This document shows positions 44,270-54,759 of a DNA stretch of 64,000 bases, in pieces. The translations under genes were made by a program, and so were the position numbers. The notes below the pieces were generated by a model. The model ran no database searches and had not been told where the DNA came from. It saw only the letters and a list, made by a program, of their open reading frames with translations. Every line of letters starts with the position of its first letter. Positions within the stretch are counted from its first letter, which is position 1. This stretch comes from Candidatus Dormiibacterota bacterium (lineage in GTDB: Bacteria; Chloroflexota; Dormibacteria; Aeolococcales; Aeolococcaceae), in assembly GCA_963718525.1 (NCBI GenBank), contig OY970355.1:800001-864000 (forward strand). The letters run 5' to 3'.

Positions 44270-46316
44270 TGCTCTCGTTTCGGGTCACGTGTGCATCGTG
44301 ACGCAATGACGCCACGGCGCGCGACGACGAGGCGCCTCGGACGGCGGCGGCCATGCAGGTCCGATCGCGTCCCGACCGTTTCGCTTCGTAGAGCGCCTCG
44401 TCGGCGAGGCCGAACAGATCTGTCGCGCTGTCAGTATCCTCGGGATAGGCCGCCACGCCGACGCTGACGCTCAGACGCACCGGGGGACGGCCGGACAGGT
44501 GGACGTCGGTGTTGGCAACGGCGCGACGGATCTTCTCCGCAACCAGGAACGCCTCTCGTGCCGAGGTGTTCGGCATCAGCACGACGAACTCCTCGCCGCC
44601 GTAGCGCGCGCTCAGATCCGCGCGACGGACGTTGCTGACGACGGTCTCGGCGAACGTCGACAGTGCCACGTCACCCGCGTGATGGCCATGGGTGTCGTTC
44701 AGCGCTTTGAAGTGGTCGATGTCGAGCATGAGGATCGCGAGCGGTGCGCCCATCCGCTCGGCGAGCGCCGCCTGCTGGCCGAGTGAATCGATGAGGAAGC
44801 GATGGTTGTAGAGACCGGTGAGGTCATCGACACTCGCCTGGCGCTGCACCACCGCGAGAAACCGGTAGCGCTCCAGCGCCAGCGAGACCTGCTCCGCCGT
44901 CGATGCCACGAGGTCGGAGTCGCCACTGGTGAAGGCGCTGTCATGACCTGCGACTGCAAGGACCCCATACACGTGCTGCCCGAGACGGAGCGGCGCAACA
45001 CAGAACTCTCGGACGCCGAGGCTCGCCTCGGGCGCGGCCGATGTCGCCCCCAGCGTGATGGCTCCGAGACCGCGGTGGCGATATCCCTCGCCAAGTGGTC
45101 CATGACCCTCGAGGAAACCGTCCACGGTGATACGACGGCCGCCGTCACAGACCGCGAACGGATCGCTCATGTCCGATCCGTTGACCACGATCAACGCCAA
45201 ATCCACATCCATCGATCGGCGCAGCTCCGCGCAGACGTTGGCGAGCGCCGCTTCGAGCGGCTGCGCGAGGCTGAGCTCCATGGCGACCGTTGCTCGACAC
45301 GCGGTGATCCGCATGGTCGAGCGCACCTGCATGCGCATCGCTTCGAAACTGGCGCCGAGCCTGCCGATCTCATCGATGGATCCGGTGTGGACCGGCCGCT
45401 CGAAATCACCGCGTCCCAGAGCTGCCACCGCATTGTCGAGACGCTGCAGCGGGCGGCGCAGGTCGACCTGCACCACGACCACGATGAACAGCATCGCGAC
45501 CAGGATCACCACGAGCAGCAGCAGTATCGACTGCCACCCCACCGGTTGACCCGAGAATGGGGCCGCTGCAGCAAGGGTCAGCCCAGCGCCGATCGGGATC
45601 GCCGCAACGGCGAACTGGCGTGATTCGAGCGAGACGATTCCCGGTTGCGTGGGAATCGCGCCGGCGAGCGCCGGGGGCAGCGACGCCGCCCGTCCCGCGA
45701 TGGTGAGCGTCCGGCCCTCGCGGATGAGCAGGACTCCGACGGGAGCCGCGGTCGTCGCGATGTTGCGATCGATGACATCGATGAAGGCCGCCGTCAGCGG
45801 ACGGGCGACAAACGCGGTCGCTGTGGTTCCGGGGACACGCGATGCGGCAACGATCCATGGACCGCCACCCGCCGTCGTTGCGGTGGTCGCTCCCGCCAAC
45901 CCGGCGCTCGCCAGGCTCACCGCCAGCGCACCTCCGAGTCGAGTCGACCCGCGCACGGCGACAATGCCGCCGCCACCCTGGACCACGCCGAGCACATCGT
46001 CGGTGCCGATCACGGAGGTGTCCTCAACCAGCGTCGCTTCGACCGCGCTGGTGGAAGTGGTGTCGCCGCCCGCGGCGATCTGCCGCCCCACGTCGGCGAT
46101 GAAGGTCGCCAGCGACGCACGCTGGCCGTCGATGAGATTGGCGGCGATCGACACGGTCTGAGCGATGCTGGTCTCAGCCTGGGCGCGCGCACTCGCGGCG
46201 GCGAGCATCAGGGGCACCACCGCGATCGTGGCTCCGGCGACGAAAATCACCGCGGCGAATTTGAGCGAAAACGATGCACCTCGCCAGATGGCGCGAAACC
46301 AGCGAACCCCTCGCAT
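44235..46316 (-). CDS. Membrane diguanylate cyclase (2 TM, sensor, HAMP, GAF, GGDEF)
   Basis: HAMP DEIGRLGASFEAM, DDLTGLYNHR, DIDHFKALND, RRAD I-site, RYGGEEF. Confidence 0.9.
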   Translation of the reverse strand: MRGVRWFRAIWRGASFSLKFAAVIFVAGATIAVVPLMLAAASARAQAETSIAQTVSIAANLIDGQRASLATFIADVGRQIAAGGDTTSTSAVEATLVEDTSVIGTDDVLGVVQGGGGIVAVRGSTRLGGALAVSLASAGLAGATTATTAGGGPWIVAASRVPGTTATAFVARPLTAAFIDVIDRNIATTAAPVGVLLIREGRTLTIAGRAASLPPALAGAIPTQPGIVSLESRQFAVAAIPIGAGLTLAAAAPFSGQPVGWQSILLLLVVILVAMLFIVVVVQVDLRRPLQRLDNAVAALGRGDFERPVHTGSIDEIGRLGASFEAMRMQVRSTMRITACRATVAMELSLAQPLEAALANVCAELRRSMDVDLALIVVNGSDMSDPFAVCDGGRRITVDGFLEGHGPLGEGYRHRGLGAITLGATSAAPEASLGVREFCVAPLRLGQHVYGVLAVAGHDSAFTSGDSDLVASTAEQVSLALERYRFLAVVQRQASVDDLTGLYNHRFLIDSLGQQAALAERMGAPLAILMLDIDHFKALNDTHGHHAGDVALSTFAETVVSNVRRADLSARYGGEEFVVLMPNTSAREAFLVAEKIRRAVANTDVHLSGRPPVRLSVSVGVAAYPEDTDSATDLFGLADEALYEAKRSGRDRTCMAAAVRGASSSRAVASLRHDAHVTRNESNAGTGQRRPTE

Positions 46317-46325
46317 CGCCCTTCC

Positions 46326-46898
46326 TCAGTCCGAGCGACGAACCAGAACGAGGGACGCCACTGCGATGGTCGCGGCCACGAGCATCGACGACAGCGCGAT
46401 GGTGTAGACACCGCCCGGGAGCACTGCGGCTGCGCTCACCGGCGGTCCGGCGGGAGGGATGCTCAGCGCCGGCGGCGCGAGCACCGGCGGGCGCGGTCCT
46501 GCAGCCGGCTCCGGACCGCGAGACGGCGTCTGCGTCGTCAACTCAGCCGGTGGTGACGAGCCCTTGGGGTATGGAGTCGCCCCTGGAGGGCGCGCCGGCG
46601 GTGAGGGCGCCGGGGTCGCGATCGCGGCCGGCGGCGAGGGCGACGGAACGCAGCGGCGGTCATCCCCGTCCCGATCGTGGTCCCGTTCCTCGTCTCGGGC
46701 ACCATCGCGATCATCAGCCCGGCGGTCTTTGCAATCGCGATCGGAGTCACCATCTCTGTCCTGGAACACAGACAGGGTGGCATCGTGACCGTGCGACGCC
46801 GCCTCGATACCGGCTGCCGACACGTCCGTGGAAGCGAACAGGATTGAGAACAGCGACGCGCCGACCAGCAGCTTCACCAGGACGCGTCGGATCTGCAA
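46326..46898 (-). CDS. Hypothetical exported protein with Asp/Arg-rich segment, Pro-rich stalk and C-terminal membrane anchor
   Basis: N-terminal signal peptide, DRD-rich stretch between two Cys, Pro/Ala linker, hydrophobic helix plus RRSD. Ends 9 nt before the cyclase start. Confidence 0.6.
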   Translation of the reverse strand: MQIRRVLVKLLVGASLFSILFASTDVSAAGIEAASHGHDATLSVFQDRDGDSDRDCKDRRADDRDGARDEERDHDRDGDDRRCVPSPSPPAAIATPAPSPPARPPGATPYPKGSSPPAELTTQTPSRGPEPAAGPRPPVLAPPALSIPPAGPPVSAAAVLPGGVYTIALSSMLVAATIAVASLVLVRRSD

Positions 46899-46965
46899 GT
46901 CACCTCCGCGACGATGCTACGGCTGCGTTCGGTGGGACTTGTGAACGAAATGTGACACTTTTCAG

Positions 46966-47505
46966 GTGCCCGTCATCGTCATCAATTTCATCGACGGTGA
47001 GATCGCTCTCGCTGAGACTTCGGAGATCACGTTTGATCTCGCGATCCTCGACGCGGAGCTGCGGTCGATCAACCAGAACAGCGAGCGCGGGCTCTTTCCG
47101 GTCAGCGCCATCCGGCAGATCCTCGTGGGCGACCCGGAACCGGCTCCTCCGGAGGCCGAGGTGGCCACCTGGGATCGCGCGGCATTTCATTTCATCGACG
47201 GGTTGGTGATTCGCGCGTCGATTCGGTCCGATGCGCATCTCGGCCGCTATGGCGGGGTCTGGCGGATCGTCGAGCCCGGCTCCACCGAGTTGCGCACCAT
47301 CGCAGTCCCGTACGCAGCCCTGAAAGGCGTCTACCAGATCCGCCAGTGGGACAGCCGTCCCGCCAGCGAACGCGACCCGCACGCCGAGCTCGATCAGCTC
47401 GCCCGTGTCCTCGCGGAGCGCGAGCGCACCATCGCCGGAGGCGGCACCGTACCGACCCGACGCCCGCTGCTGTCGCGGTTGAGACGCCCGCCCGGTTCCG
47501 CCTGA
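46966..47505 (+). CDS. Hypothetical protein with internal duplication (FIDG repeats)
   Basis: INFIDGEI..LFPVSAIRQI and FHFIDGLV..AVPYAALKGV; fills the intergenic gap. Confidence 0.6.
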   Translation: MPVIVINFIDGEIALAETSEITFDLAILDAELRSINQNSERGLFPVSAIRQILVGDPEPAPPEAEVATWDRAAFHFIDGLVIRASIRSDAHLGRYGGVWRIVEPGSTELRTIAVPYAALKGVYQIRQWDSRPASERDPHAELDQLARVLAERERTIAGGGTVPTRRPLLSRLRRPPGSA

Positions 47506-47572
47506 TCTCGGACCTGTCGCGCGTCTGTCGACATCCCTGAGCGGCCGAGGACCTCGTGCTACCGTCCCCGCT

Positions 47573-48613
47573 GTGACCACCACGCTGGTGCGTGGCGAGC
47601 CCGAGGTCAGCGACGCTCCCCCTTCGCTGACGAGCCGCCTCCTCACCCCCAAAACGATCGCGTCCCTCGGCATCGCCGTCGTCATCGTCGGCGTGGCAGT
47701 GTGGCGCGCGCCCATCGACTGGAGCGCGGCCTGGGACAACATCCGCCACGCCAATCCGTTCCTCTATCTCGGTGCGCTCGCGGTCTACTACGTATCGTTC
47801 GGGCTCCGTTCGCTCCGCTGGCACGTGCTCCTCGAGAACGCGGGGGAGAAGCGCACATCCGGATCTCTCATCGGCATCGTGATCACGTCGTTCTTCATCA
47901 ACTGCGTGGTGCCGGCGAAGATGGGCGACATCTATCGCGGCTACCTGGCCAAGCAGAAGCTCGACATCCCGGTCAGCAAGGCACTCGGCACCATCATCGC
48001 CGAGCAACTCATCGACCTCATCGTGCTCATGTCGCTGCTCCTCGCGGCGGGTGCGGTGGTCTTCCGCACCAAGGCACCGGGCATCCTCGTCCCGTACGTC
48101 GTCATCGGCGTCGTCGTCTGCCTCGCCGGTGTCGGAGTCATCCTGGTGATGCGGGCCGGCCGCGGTCAGCGAGTCCTCCGCCACCTGCCTGAAGCGGTCT
48201 TCCACAGGTACGAGAGCCTCCGCGTCGGTACCGTCGACTCATTTGCGCGGCTCCCGACGCTGCTCGTCCTCACCGTGCTGGTGTGGATGGCCGAGGGGGC
48301 GCGCCTCGGGTTGGTTGTGTTCTCACTGCACCTCGTCGGTGTCCATCTCGGCCCGTCGCAGTTCCTGCTCATCGCGCTGGTCGCTGCACTGCTCACCACC
48401 GTGCCATTCCTCCCGGGTGGCCTGGGATTGGTGGAGGCCGGCATGATCGGCGTGCTCATCACTGTCGGCGGCGTCACCAACTCCGCAGCGGCCTCGATCA
48501 CCCTGCTCGACCGGAGCATCAGCTACGGCAGCCTGATCGTCATCGGCTTCGTGATCTTCGTCCTCACCCACCTGCACGTTCCGAAGGCACACAGGGTCGC
48601 AACAGAGGGGTGA
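47573..48613 (+). CDS. Lysylphosphatidylglycerol synthase TM / flippase-like membrane protein (UPF0104)
   Basis: LRSLRWHVLL, NCVVPAKMGDIYR, PGGLGLVEAG, LLDRSISY. Confidence 0.85.
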   Translation: MTTTLVRGEPEVSDAPPSLTSRLLTPKTIASLGIAVVIVGVAVWRAPIDWSAAWDNIRHANPFLYLGALAVYYVSFGLRSLRWHVLLENAGEKRTSGSLIGIVITSFFINCVVPAKMGDIYRGYLAKQKLDIPVSKALGTIIAEQLIDLIVLMSLLLAAGAVVFRTKAPGILVPYVVIGVVVCLAGVGVILVMRAGRGQRVLRHLPEAVFHRYESLRVGTVDSFARLPTLLVLTVLVWMAEGARLGLVVFSLHLVGVHLGPSQFLLIALVAALLTTVPFLPGGLGLVEAGMIGVLITVGGVTNSAAASITLLDRSISYGSLIVIGFVIFVLTHLHVPKAHRVATEG

Positions 48614-49527
48614 GAGCGCTCGTCACCGGCGGGGCCGGCTTCATCGGTTCGCAGATCACCGACGCGCTGATTGGCGCCGGTCATCAGGTCACCGTCATCG
48701 ACGACCTCTCGCGTGGACGGCGTGAGCAGGTGCATCCTGGCGCGACGTTCGTCGAGCTGGACATCACCTCGCCCCGGCTCGGGAGTGCGTTTGCCGATGC
48801 ACGCGCCGACGTGGTGTTTCACGCAGCCGCACAGATCGATGTCCGCGCATCGGTGCGCGACCCACTCCACGATGCCGACGTCAACGTGGTCGGCACCGTG
48901 AACGTCCTTCGCGCGGCGGTTGACGCCGGAGCCCGGCGGGTGGTGTTCTCCTCGAGTGGCGGGGCGATCTATGGCGACGCGGACGTCATCCCGACGCCTG
49001 AGGATCAGCCGTGCCTCCCCGAGTCTCCATACGGCACCGCGAAACTGTGTGCCGAAGCATACGGCGGCACATTCAGCCGTCAGGCGGGACTCGAGTTCGT
49101 TGCCCTCCGATACGCCAACGTGTATGGGCCGCGTCAGGACCCCAACGGTGAAGCCGGTGTCGTGGGCATCTTCGCGATCGGGTTGGTGCGCGGCGAGCCG
49201 GTGGTGATCAACGGCGATGGCACGCAAACTCGTGACTACGTGCACGTCCACGACGTGGTGCGCGCCAACCTTGCGGCGGTTGACGGTCCGGCCGGCGTCT
49301 ACAACATCGGCACCGGCGTCGAGACTGACGTGAACACCCTGTACCGCATGCTTGCTGATGCAGCCGGTGTGCGCGCGGATGCCGGGCACGGTCCCGCGAA
49401 ACCCGGTGAACAGCGCCGTTCCTGCCTCGATACCACCGGCACGCGTGAGCGTCTGGGCTGGAGTGCGACCATCGGATTCGACGAAGGCGTGCGGTCCACG
49501 CTCGAGTACTTCCGAACGGCGACTTAG
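48610..49527 (+). CDS. NAD-dependent epimerase/dehydratase (UDP-glucose 4-epimerase-like)
   Basis: TGGAGFIGS, SSGGAIYG, YGTAK, RYANVYGPRQ, TRDYVHV. GTGA overlap with the upstream gene. Confidence 0.9.
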   Translation: MRALVTGGAGFIGSQITDALIGAGHQVTVIDDLSRGRREQVHPGATFVELDITSPRLGSAFADARADVVFHAAAQIDVRASVRDPLHDADVNVVGTVNVLRAAVDAGARRVVFSSSGGAIYGDADVIPTPEDQPCLPESPYGTAKLCAEAYGGTFSRQAGLEFVALRYANVYGPRQDPNGEAGVVGIFAIGLVRGEPVVINGDGTQTRDYVHVHDVVRANLAAVDGPAGVYNIGTGVETDVNTLYRMLADAAGVRADAGHGPAKPGEQRRSCLDTTGTRERLGWSATIGFDEGVRSTLEYFRTAT

Positions 49528-49964
49528 CCGTCGAGCTGCGAGCTGGCACGCGCGAGGTGGGCTGAGCCCCTGCTGCGCAGTGCGGTCCCGGCGTCACGGA
49601 GCGCCTCATCGATCGCGTAACGGGGTGCTTCCGCCAGTCGCGCCGACCACGTCAGCTCGTCAACGCCCAGCTCGAGCGCGGCCCGAGCCTCGTCCAGGGC
49701 AGGTTCCACCGGCACCCCGGCGATTCGCTCCAGCGCCTGCGCGCACCCGTCCAGCCGCCGCCTGATGGCGTGCGGCGCGCTGGCATCGTCACCCGAACCG
49801 GGGGTGCCGTCGAGCGCCGTCGCCGCCTCGTTCGCGGTCTCGAGCACCGCCACGAGCACGGCGCGCGGGTCCTCCTCCGTGGTTGCGCCGGATCCCATCA
49901 TCCGGTAGGCCCCGAACAGGAACAGCACCACCACCAGCGCGGCGATGATGTAGATCGCCGTCAC
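49524..49964 (-). CDS. Hypothetical membrane-anchored protein
   Basis: N-terminal TM helix followed by an amphipathic helical domain; lies directly downstream of infA. Confidence 0.6.
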   Translation of the reverse strand: MTAIYIIAALVVVLFLFGAYRMMGSGATTEEDPRAVLVAVLETANEAATALDGTPGSGDDASAPHAIRRRLDGCAQALERIAGVPVEPALDEARAALELGVDELTWSARLAEAPRYAIDEALRDAGTALRSRGSAHLARASSQLDG

Positions 49965-49980
49965 GGCCGGTCCCCGGCGA

Positions 49981-50286
49981 CTACTTGTAGCGGAAGGTGA
50001 TCCGCCCGCGCGAGAGATCGTACGGGCTCAGCTCGACCCGAACCCGATCTCCGATGAGGATGCGGATGTAGAACTTGCGCATCTTCCCCGACGTGTAGGC
50101 GAGGACATCCTGACCCGTCTGCAAGCGCACCTTGAACATCGCGTTGGGCAACGGCTCGACAACCGTCGCATCCATCTCGATGGTCTCTTCCTTGACGTCG
50201 ACCTGGGCGGTGCCGTCGGTGACGTCCCGTCGACGGACGGGACCGCGCCGGCGGGTACCGCCGGGACGGGGTGGGCGTCGTGCCAA
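49981..50286 (-). CDS. infA: Translation initiation factor IF-1 with Arg-rich N-terminal extension
   Basis: [63 protein letters not shown] start with GAGGAG SD 7 nt upstream. Confidence 0.92.
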   Translation of the reverse strand: MARRPPRPGGTRRRGPVRRRDVTDGTAQVDVKEETIEMDATVVEPLPNAMFKVRLQTGQDVLAYTSGKMRKFYIRILIGDRVRVELSPYDLSRGRITFRYK

Positions 50287-50359
50287 ACAGGGTCTCCTCG
50301 AAGCTGATCGGGCGGTTGGCGAGCGTATCACGGAGCCGTTCCCTGGTAACGTCATCTCG

Positions 50360-53300
50360 ATGGCGGCCCAAGATCGATCCCCGTTCCTTGACGCGTTGCG
50401 CGAGCGCGTGCTCGTTTTCGACGGCGCGATGGGCACCAGCCTGCAGTCGGAAAACCCGGGTATCGACGATTTCGGCGGTGCCCGGCTGGAAGGCTGGATG
50501 GACGGCCTCGTGATCCATGCGCCGCAGATCGTGGAACGCGTGCATCGCAGTTTCCTCGACGCCGGCTGCGACGTCATCGAAACCTCCACCTTCCAGGCAA
50601 CGCGCCCTCGTCTCGAGGAGTGGGGACAGGCTGACGTCACCCGGGATCTGAATGTGTCGGCCGCGCGCCTTGCCCGCAACATCGCGGACGAATATGCTGC
50701 CGACGGCCGGCCGCGCTTCGTCGCCGGGAGCATGGGTCCGACCGGGTTCCTTCCGGCGTCGAGTGATCCGGCGATGAGCCGCCTCGGGTTCGCAGACCTG
50801 GTTCCGGCGTACCAGGAGCAGGCCGAAGCACTCATCGAGGGCGGAGCGGACCTGCTGATCATCGAGACGCAGCAGGACATTCTCGAGACGAAAGCCGCCA
50901 TCTTCGGGGCGCGTGCAGCAGCGGCGGCGGCCGGTCGAGCGGTGCCGATCATGACGACGGTGTCGCTCGACGTCACCGGCCGGATGCTGCTGGGAACCGA
51001 CGCCGCGGCGGTGCTCGCAATTCTCGAGTCCCTGCAGGTCGACGTCATCGGGTTCAACTGCTCGACGGGTCCCGAGCACATGCGCGAACCCATCCGCTAC
51101 ATCACGTCGCACACCTCGCTCCCCGTCGCGTGCATTCCCAACGCGGGGTTGCCCATCAACGTCGAGGGTCGCGCGCACTATCCGCTGGAACCGAAACCGA
51201 TGGCGACGGAGCTCGCGAGCTTTGTCAGCGAGTACGGTGTCAGCGTCGTCGGCGGTTGTTGCGGATCGACACCGGACCACATTCGCGAGCTGGTCGAGCA
51301 CGTCGGCGCAGCGTCGCGAGCTCGCGTGACACCGGACCTCGAGCCGCGCCTGGCGAGCAGCATGCACGCCATCGACCTGCGCCAGCAGCCCGCCCCCTTG
51401 CTCATCGGTGAGCGGGTCAACGCTCAGGGATCGCGCGCGATCAAGCGTCTCCTCCTGGCCGACGACTACGACGGCATCCTCGGCATCGCTCGCACGCAGG
51501 TGGAAGGTGGCGCCCATGCACTCGACCTGTGCGTCGCGGTCACCGAGCGCAGCGATGAGGCCGAGCAGATGCGGACGATCGTCAGGACGCTGCAGATGAG
51601 CATCGACGCGCCCCTGGTGATCGACAGCACCGACGCCGACGTCATCAAGGCGGCCCTCGAGGTGTATCCGGGTCGCGGCATCGTCAACAGCGTCAATCTC
51701 GAGAACGGCCGGGTCCGTTGCGATGCCGTGCTGCCGTCGGTGCGCGACCACGGCGCCTGCGTGATCGCGTTGACGATCGACGAGCAGGGCATGGCGCGCA
51801 CGGCGGAACGCAAGCTCGAGGTCGCACGCCGGATTCACGACCTGGCGCGTGACGACTTTGGGCTGGCTCCGGACCAGCTGATCTTCGATGCGCTCACGTT
51901 CACCCTGGCAACCGGTGAAGCCGAATGGATCAACTCGGCGCACGAGACCATCGAGGGCATCCGCGCCATCAAACGGGAGTTGCCCGGCGTGCTCACCGTC
52001 CTGGGTGTGTCCAACGTCTCATTCGGCCTTGCGCCGCACACGCGGCCGGTGCTGAACAGCGTTTTCCTGCACCACTGCGTCCTCGCCGGACTCGACGCCG
52101 CGATCATCAACCCGACACACGTCGTCCCCTATGGAGAGATCGATCCGCAGGCTCGTCGCCTCGCCGAGGAGCTGGTCTTCAACAGGACACCGGACGCGCT
52201 GACGCGGTTCATCGCGCATTTCGATGACGGTGCTTCGACGGGTGGCGCGGGCCTCTCGGAGACCGCGGATCCCTATGAGGGAATGTCAACCGTGGAGCGC
52301 ATCCACGCGCAGATCCTCCACCGGCGCAAGGATGGCATCGAGGAGCAGATCGACCTGGCATTGCGCGAGCTCGATGCGGTCACGGTGCTCAACACCGTGC
52401 TCCTGCCGGCGATGAAGGATGTCGGTGACCGGTTCGGTTCCGGCGAGCTCATCCTGCCCTTCGTGCTGCAGAGCGCCGAAGTGATGAAGCGAGCCGTAGC
52501 GCACCTCGAACAATACCTCGAGAAGCGTGAGGGATACACCAAGGGAAAGGTCGTGCTCGCGACCGTGTATGGCGATGTGCACGACATCGGCAAGAACCTC
52601 GTCAACACCATCCTCAGCAACAACGGCTACACCGTGTTCGACCTCGGCAAACAGGTGCCTCTCAACACCATCATCGACAAGGCGCTCGAGGTCGACGCCG
52701 ACGCCATCGGACTCTCGGCGCTGCTGGTGAGCACCAGCAAGCAGATGCCCGCGTGCGTCAAGGAGCTCGACGAACGTGGCCTCAGCTATCCACTGATCAT
52801 CGGTGGTGCGGCGATCAACCGCGGATTCGGTAGGCGCATCCTCTACATTGATCAGGAGCGTGCGTACGAGCCCGGAGTCTTCTACTGCAAGGACGCATTC
52901 GAAGGTCTGGAGACCATTGATCAGCTGCTCGACCCGGACCGTCACGACGCGCTGGTGACCCGTGTCCATGACGAAGCGCGCGTGCACCGCGTGCGTGAGC
53001 GCGAAAAGCTCGACCGTCGCAACGCCGCAGCCGCCGGAGCTGCCGCTGTGCTCGAGCGAAGCACCGTCCGGCGCAACGCTCCGATTCCGACGGTGCCGTT
53101 CTGGGGCTCGCGCGTACTTCGCGACATTCCCATCTGGGACGTCTACCCGTTCATCGATCGCAACTCCCTGTACAAGATGAGCTGGCAGTTCCGCGGTGTC
53201 CACGATCCCGTCAAGTGGGACGAGCTGCTGCGCAGCGAGCTCGAGCCGCGTCTCCAGCGATCCATGGAGGAGGCGGTGCGCGATGGCTGGCTCCAGCTCG

Positions 53301-53914
53301 AAGCGGTCTATGGATACTGGCCGGCGCTCGCCGACGGCGAGACCGTGATCGTCTACGACCCGGGCGACATCGACGCCGAGCTCGGACGTTTCACATTCCC
53401 GCGCCAGTCCGAACAGCATCGGCTCTGCCTCGCGGACTACATACGGCCCGCCGAGGATGCCGCCGACGGCGAGCGCGACGTCATCGCACTCCAGGTCGTG
53501 ACCACGGGGCCAGGCGCATCGGAGCTCTCCAATCGCCTGCAGGTCGACGGCTCGTACGACGACATGCTTCGCATCCACGGCTTCGCCACCCAGATGGCGG
53601 AAGCGACGGCGGAGTACGTCCACCACCGCATCCGCCGCGAGCTGCGCCTCGGCGAGGACCAGGGGCGGCGCTACTCATGGGGCTATCCGTCCTGCCCCGA
53701 CCTCGAAGACCATGAGACCTTGATGCGAATCGTCCCGGCGTCCGAGATCGGAGTGGCACTCACCGAGGGGTATCAGTTCGTGCCCGAGCAATCAACCGGC
53801 GCCATCGTGATGCACCACCCCGAGGCGAGGTACTTCGCCGTGTACGGCGGGGCTCCCGTCGAGGAAGACGCGCCGGGGGCTCCGGAGCCCGTGCTGACAA
53901 CCGTGGGCGCCTGA
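50360..53914 (+). CDS. metH: Cobalamin-dependent methionine synthase
   Basis: [33 protein letters not shown]12 motif, [19 protein letters not shown]. Confidence 0.96.
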   Translation: MAAQDRSPFLDALRERVLVFDGAMGTSLQSENPGIDDFGGARLEGWMDGLVIHAPQIVERVHRSFLDAGCDVIETSTFQATRPRLEEWGQADVTRDLNVSAARLARNIADEYAADGRPRFVAGSMGPTGFLPASSDPAMSRLGFADLVPAYQEQAEALIEGGADLLIIETQQDILETKAAIFGARAAAAAAGRAVPIMTTVSLDVTGRMLLGTDAAAVLAILESLQVDVIGFNCSTGPEHMREPIRYITSHTSLPVACIPNAGLPINVEGRAHYPLEPKPMATELASFVSEYGVSVVGGCCGSTPDHIRELVEHVGAASRARVTPDLEPRLASSMHAIDLRQQPAPLLIGERVNAQGSRAIKRLLLADDYDGILGIARTQVEGGAHALDLCVAVTERSDEAEQMRTIVRTLQMSIDAPLVIDSTDADVIKAALEVYPGRGIVNSVNLENGRVRCDAVLPSVRDHGACVIALTIDEQGMARTAERKLEVARRIHDLARDDFGLAPDQLIFDALTFTLATGEAEWINSAHETIEGIRAIKRELPGVLTVLGVSNVSFGLAPHTRPVLNSVFLHHCVLAGLDAAIINPTHVVPYGEIDPQARRLAEELVFNRTPDALTRFIAHFDDGASTGGAGLSETADPYEGMSTVERIHAQILHRRKDGIEEQIDLALRELDAVTVLNTVLLPAMKDVGDRFGSGELILPFVLQSAEVMKRAVAHLEQYLEKREGYTKGKVVLATVYGDVHDIGKNLVNTILSNNGYTVFDLGKQVPLNTIIDKALEVDADAIGLSALLVSTSKQMPACVKELDERGLSYPLIIGGAAINRGFGRRILYIDQERAYEPGVFYCKDAFEGLETIDQLLDPDRHDALVTRVHDEARVHRVREREKLDRRNAAAAGAAAVLERSTVRRNAPIPTVPFWGSRVLRDIPIWDVYPFIDRNSLYKMSWQFRGVHDPVKWDELLRSELEPRLQRSMEEAVRDGWLQLEAVYGYWPALADGETVIVYDPGDIDAELGRFTFPRQSEQHRLCLADYIRPAEDAADGERDVIALQVVTTGPGASELSNRLQVDGSYDDMLRIHGFATQMAEATAEYVHHRIRRELRLGEDQGRRYSWGYPSCPDLEDHETLMRIVPASEIGVALTEGYQFVPEQSTGAIVMHHPEARYFAVYGGAPVEEDAPGAPEPVLTTVGA

Positions 53915-53937
53915 GCCGGGAACGCGCAGCCGCACCC

Positions 53938-54231
53938 CTACTCGACGTAGCGCCGGATCCGATCGTCCTCCTCACCGTGCTCCGCCTGATAGAGCCCGCA
54001 CGACTCGGGCTCGGAGACGCACGGCGGCACGGGATGACGGCCGGTGAACTTGTGAGTCCGGCGGTCGACGTGGCAGTCAGCCTTGTAGCGGGTGAGCAGA
54101 CCGAACGGCCCGGCGCTTTCCTTGATGATCTGCTCGAGATACTGGCAGCGGCGACCGCGCGGGCGAGCCGGCGCCGACTGGCGCTGCGGCTCCGGCCGGC
54201 CACGAGACGGCGGCGGTGGTTCTGCTCGCAT
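53938..54231 (-). CDS. Small hypothetical protein with four Cys
   Basis: 97-aa ORF downstream of the response regulator with protein-like C-terminal two thirds; no family recognised. Confidence 0.5.
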   Translation of the reverse strand: MRAEPPPPSRGRPEPQRQSAPARPRGRRCQYLEQIIKESAGPFGLLTRYKADCHVDRRTHKFTGRHPVPPCVSEPESCGLYQAEHGEEDDRIRRYVE

Positions 54232-54254
54232 CGACCCCCCGAGTGTAGAACTCC

Positions 54255-54620
54255 TTACGGGGCGAGCATCGACTGGATGCGCGAGGCGAGTTCCTTGATC
54301 TTGAAGGGCTTCGCGAGCGTCTGGACGTTCCCGTACGCCTCGAGCTTGGGGGCGGTGGACGCGTTCACCAGAGCGCTGACCACCAGCACCTTCGGATCGC
54401 TGCCGTGATCGGAGCGGATGCGCTCAAGGACCTGGGTCCCGGAGAGGTCGCCGGGGAGCATCAGGTCCAGCAGGACGAGGTCCGGCTGGAACTCGACGAA
54501 GGCAGCAAGTCCCTCATCGCCGCTCTTCGCCACCTTCACCTCGTAGCCCTCCATCGTGCAGAGCAGGGATTCGATGTCGGCGAGCGCGTAATAGTCCTCG
54601 ATGATCAGGACTTTCTTCAT
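54255..54620 (-). CDS. Single-domain response regulator (CheY-like)
   Basis: KKVLIIED, PDLVLLDLMLP, VSA, AKPF. ATG 54644 is an alternative start. Confidence 0.9.
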   Translation of the reverse strand: MKKVLIIEDYYALADIESLLCTMEGYEVKVAKSGDEGLAAFVEFQPDLVLLDLMLPGDLSGTQVLERIRSDHGSDPKVLVVSALVNASTAPKLEAYGNVQTLAKPFKIKELASRIQSMLAP

Positions 54621-54759
54621 GGCGGTACTCGTCGCTGGGCTCATGTGGGGTTCCGGCCGAATATAGCATGGGCATTTCGGGCGTCCCTCGGGGGTGTGAC
54701 CAACCCGTCACCCTGCAGCGCACCAACGGCACAGCGGCGCCACAGCGGCAGGTTGGAAG

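Noticed and set aside
46380-46430. Sortase LPxTG signal in the 190-aa exported protein
   Set aside because: The sequence is LPGGV, which does not match; treated as a plain C-terminal anchor.
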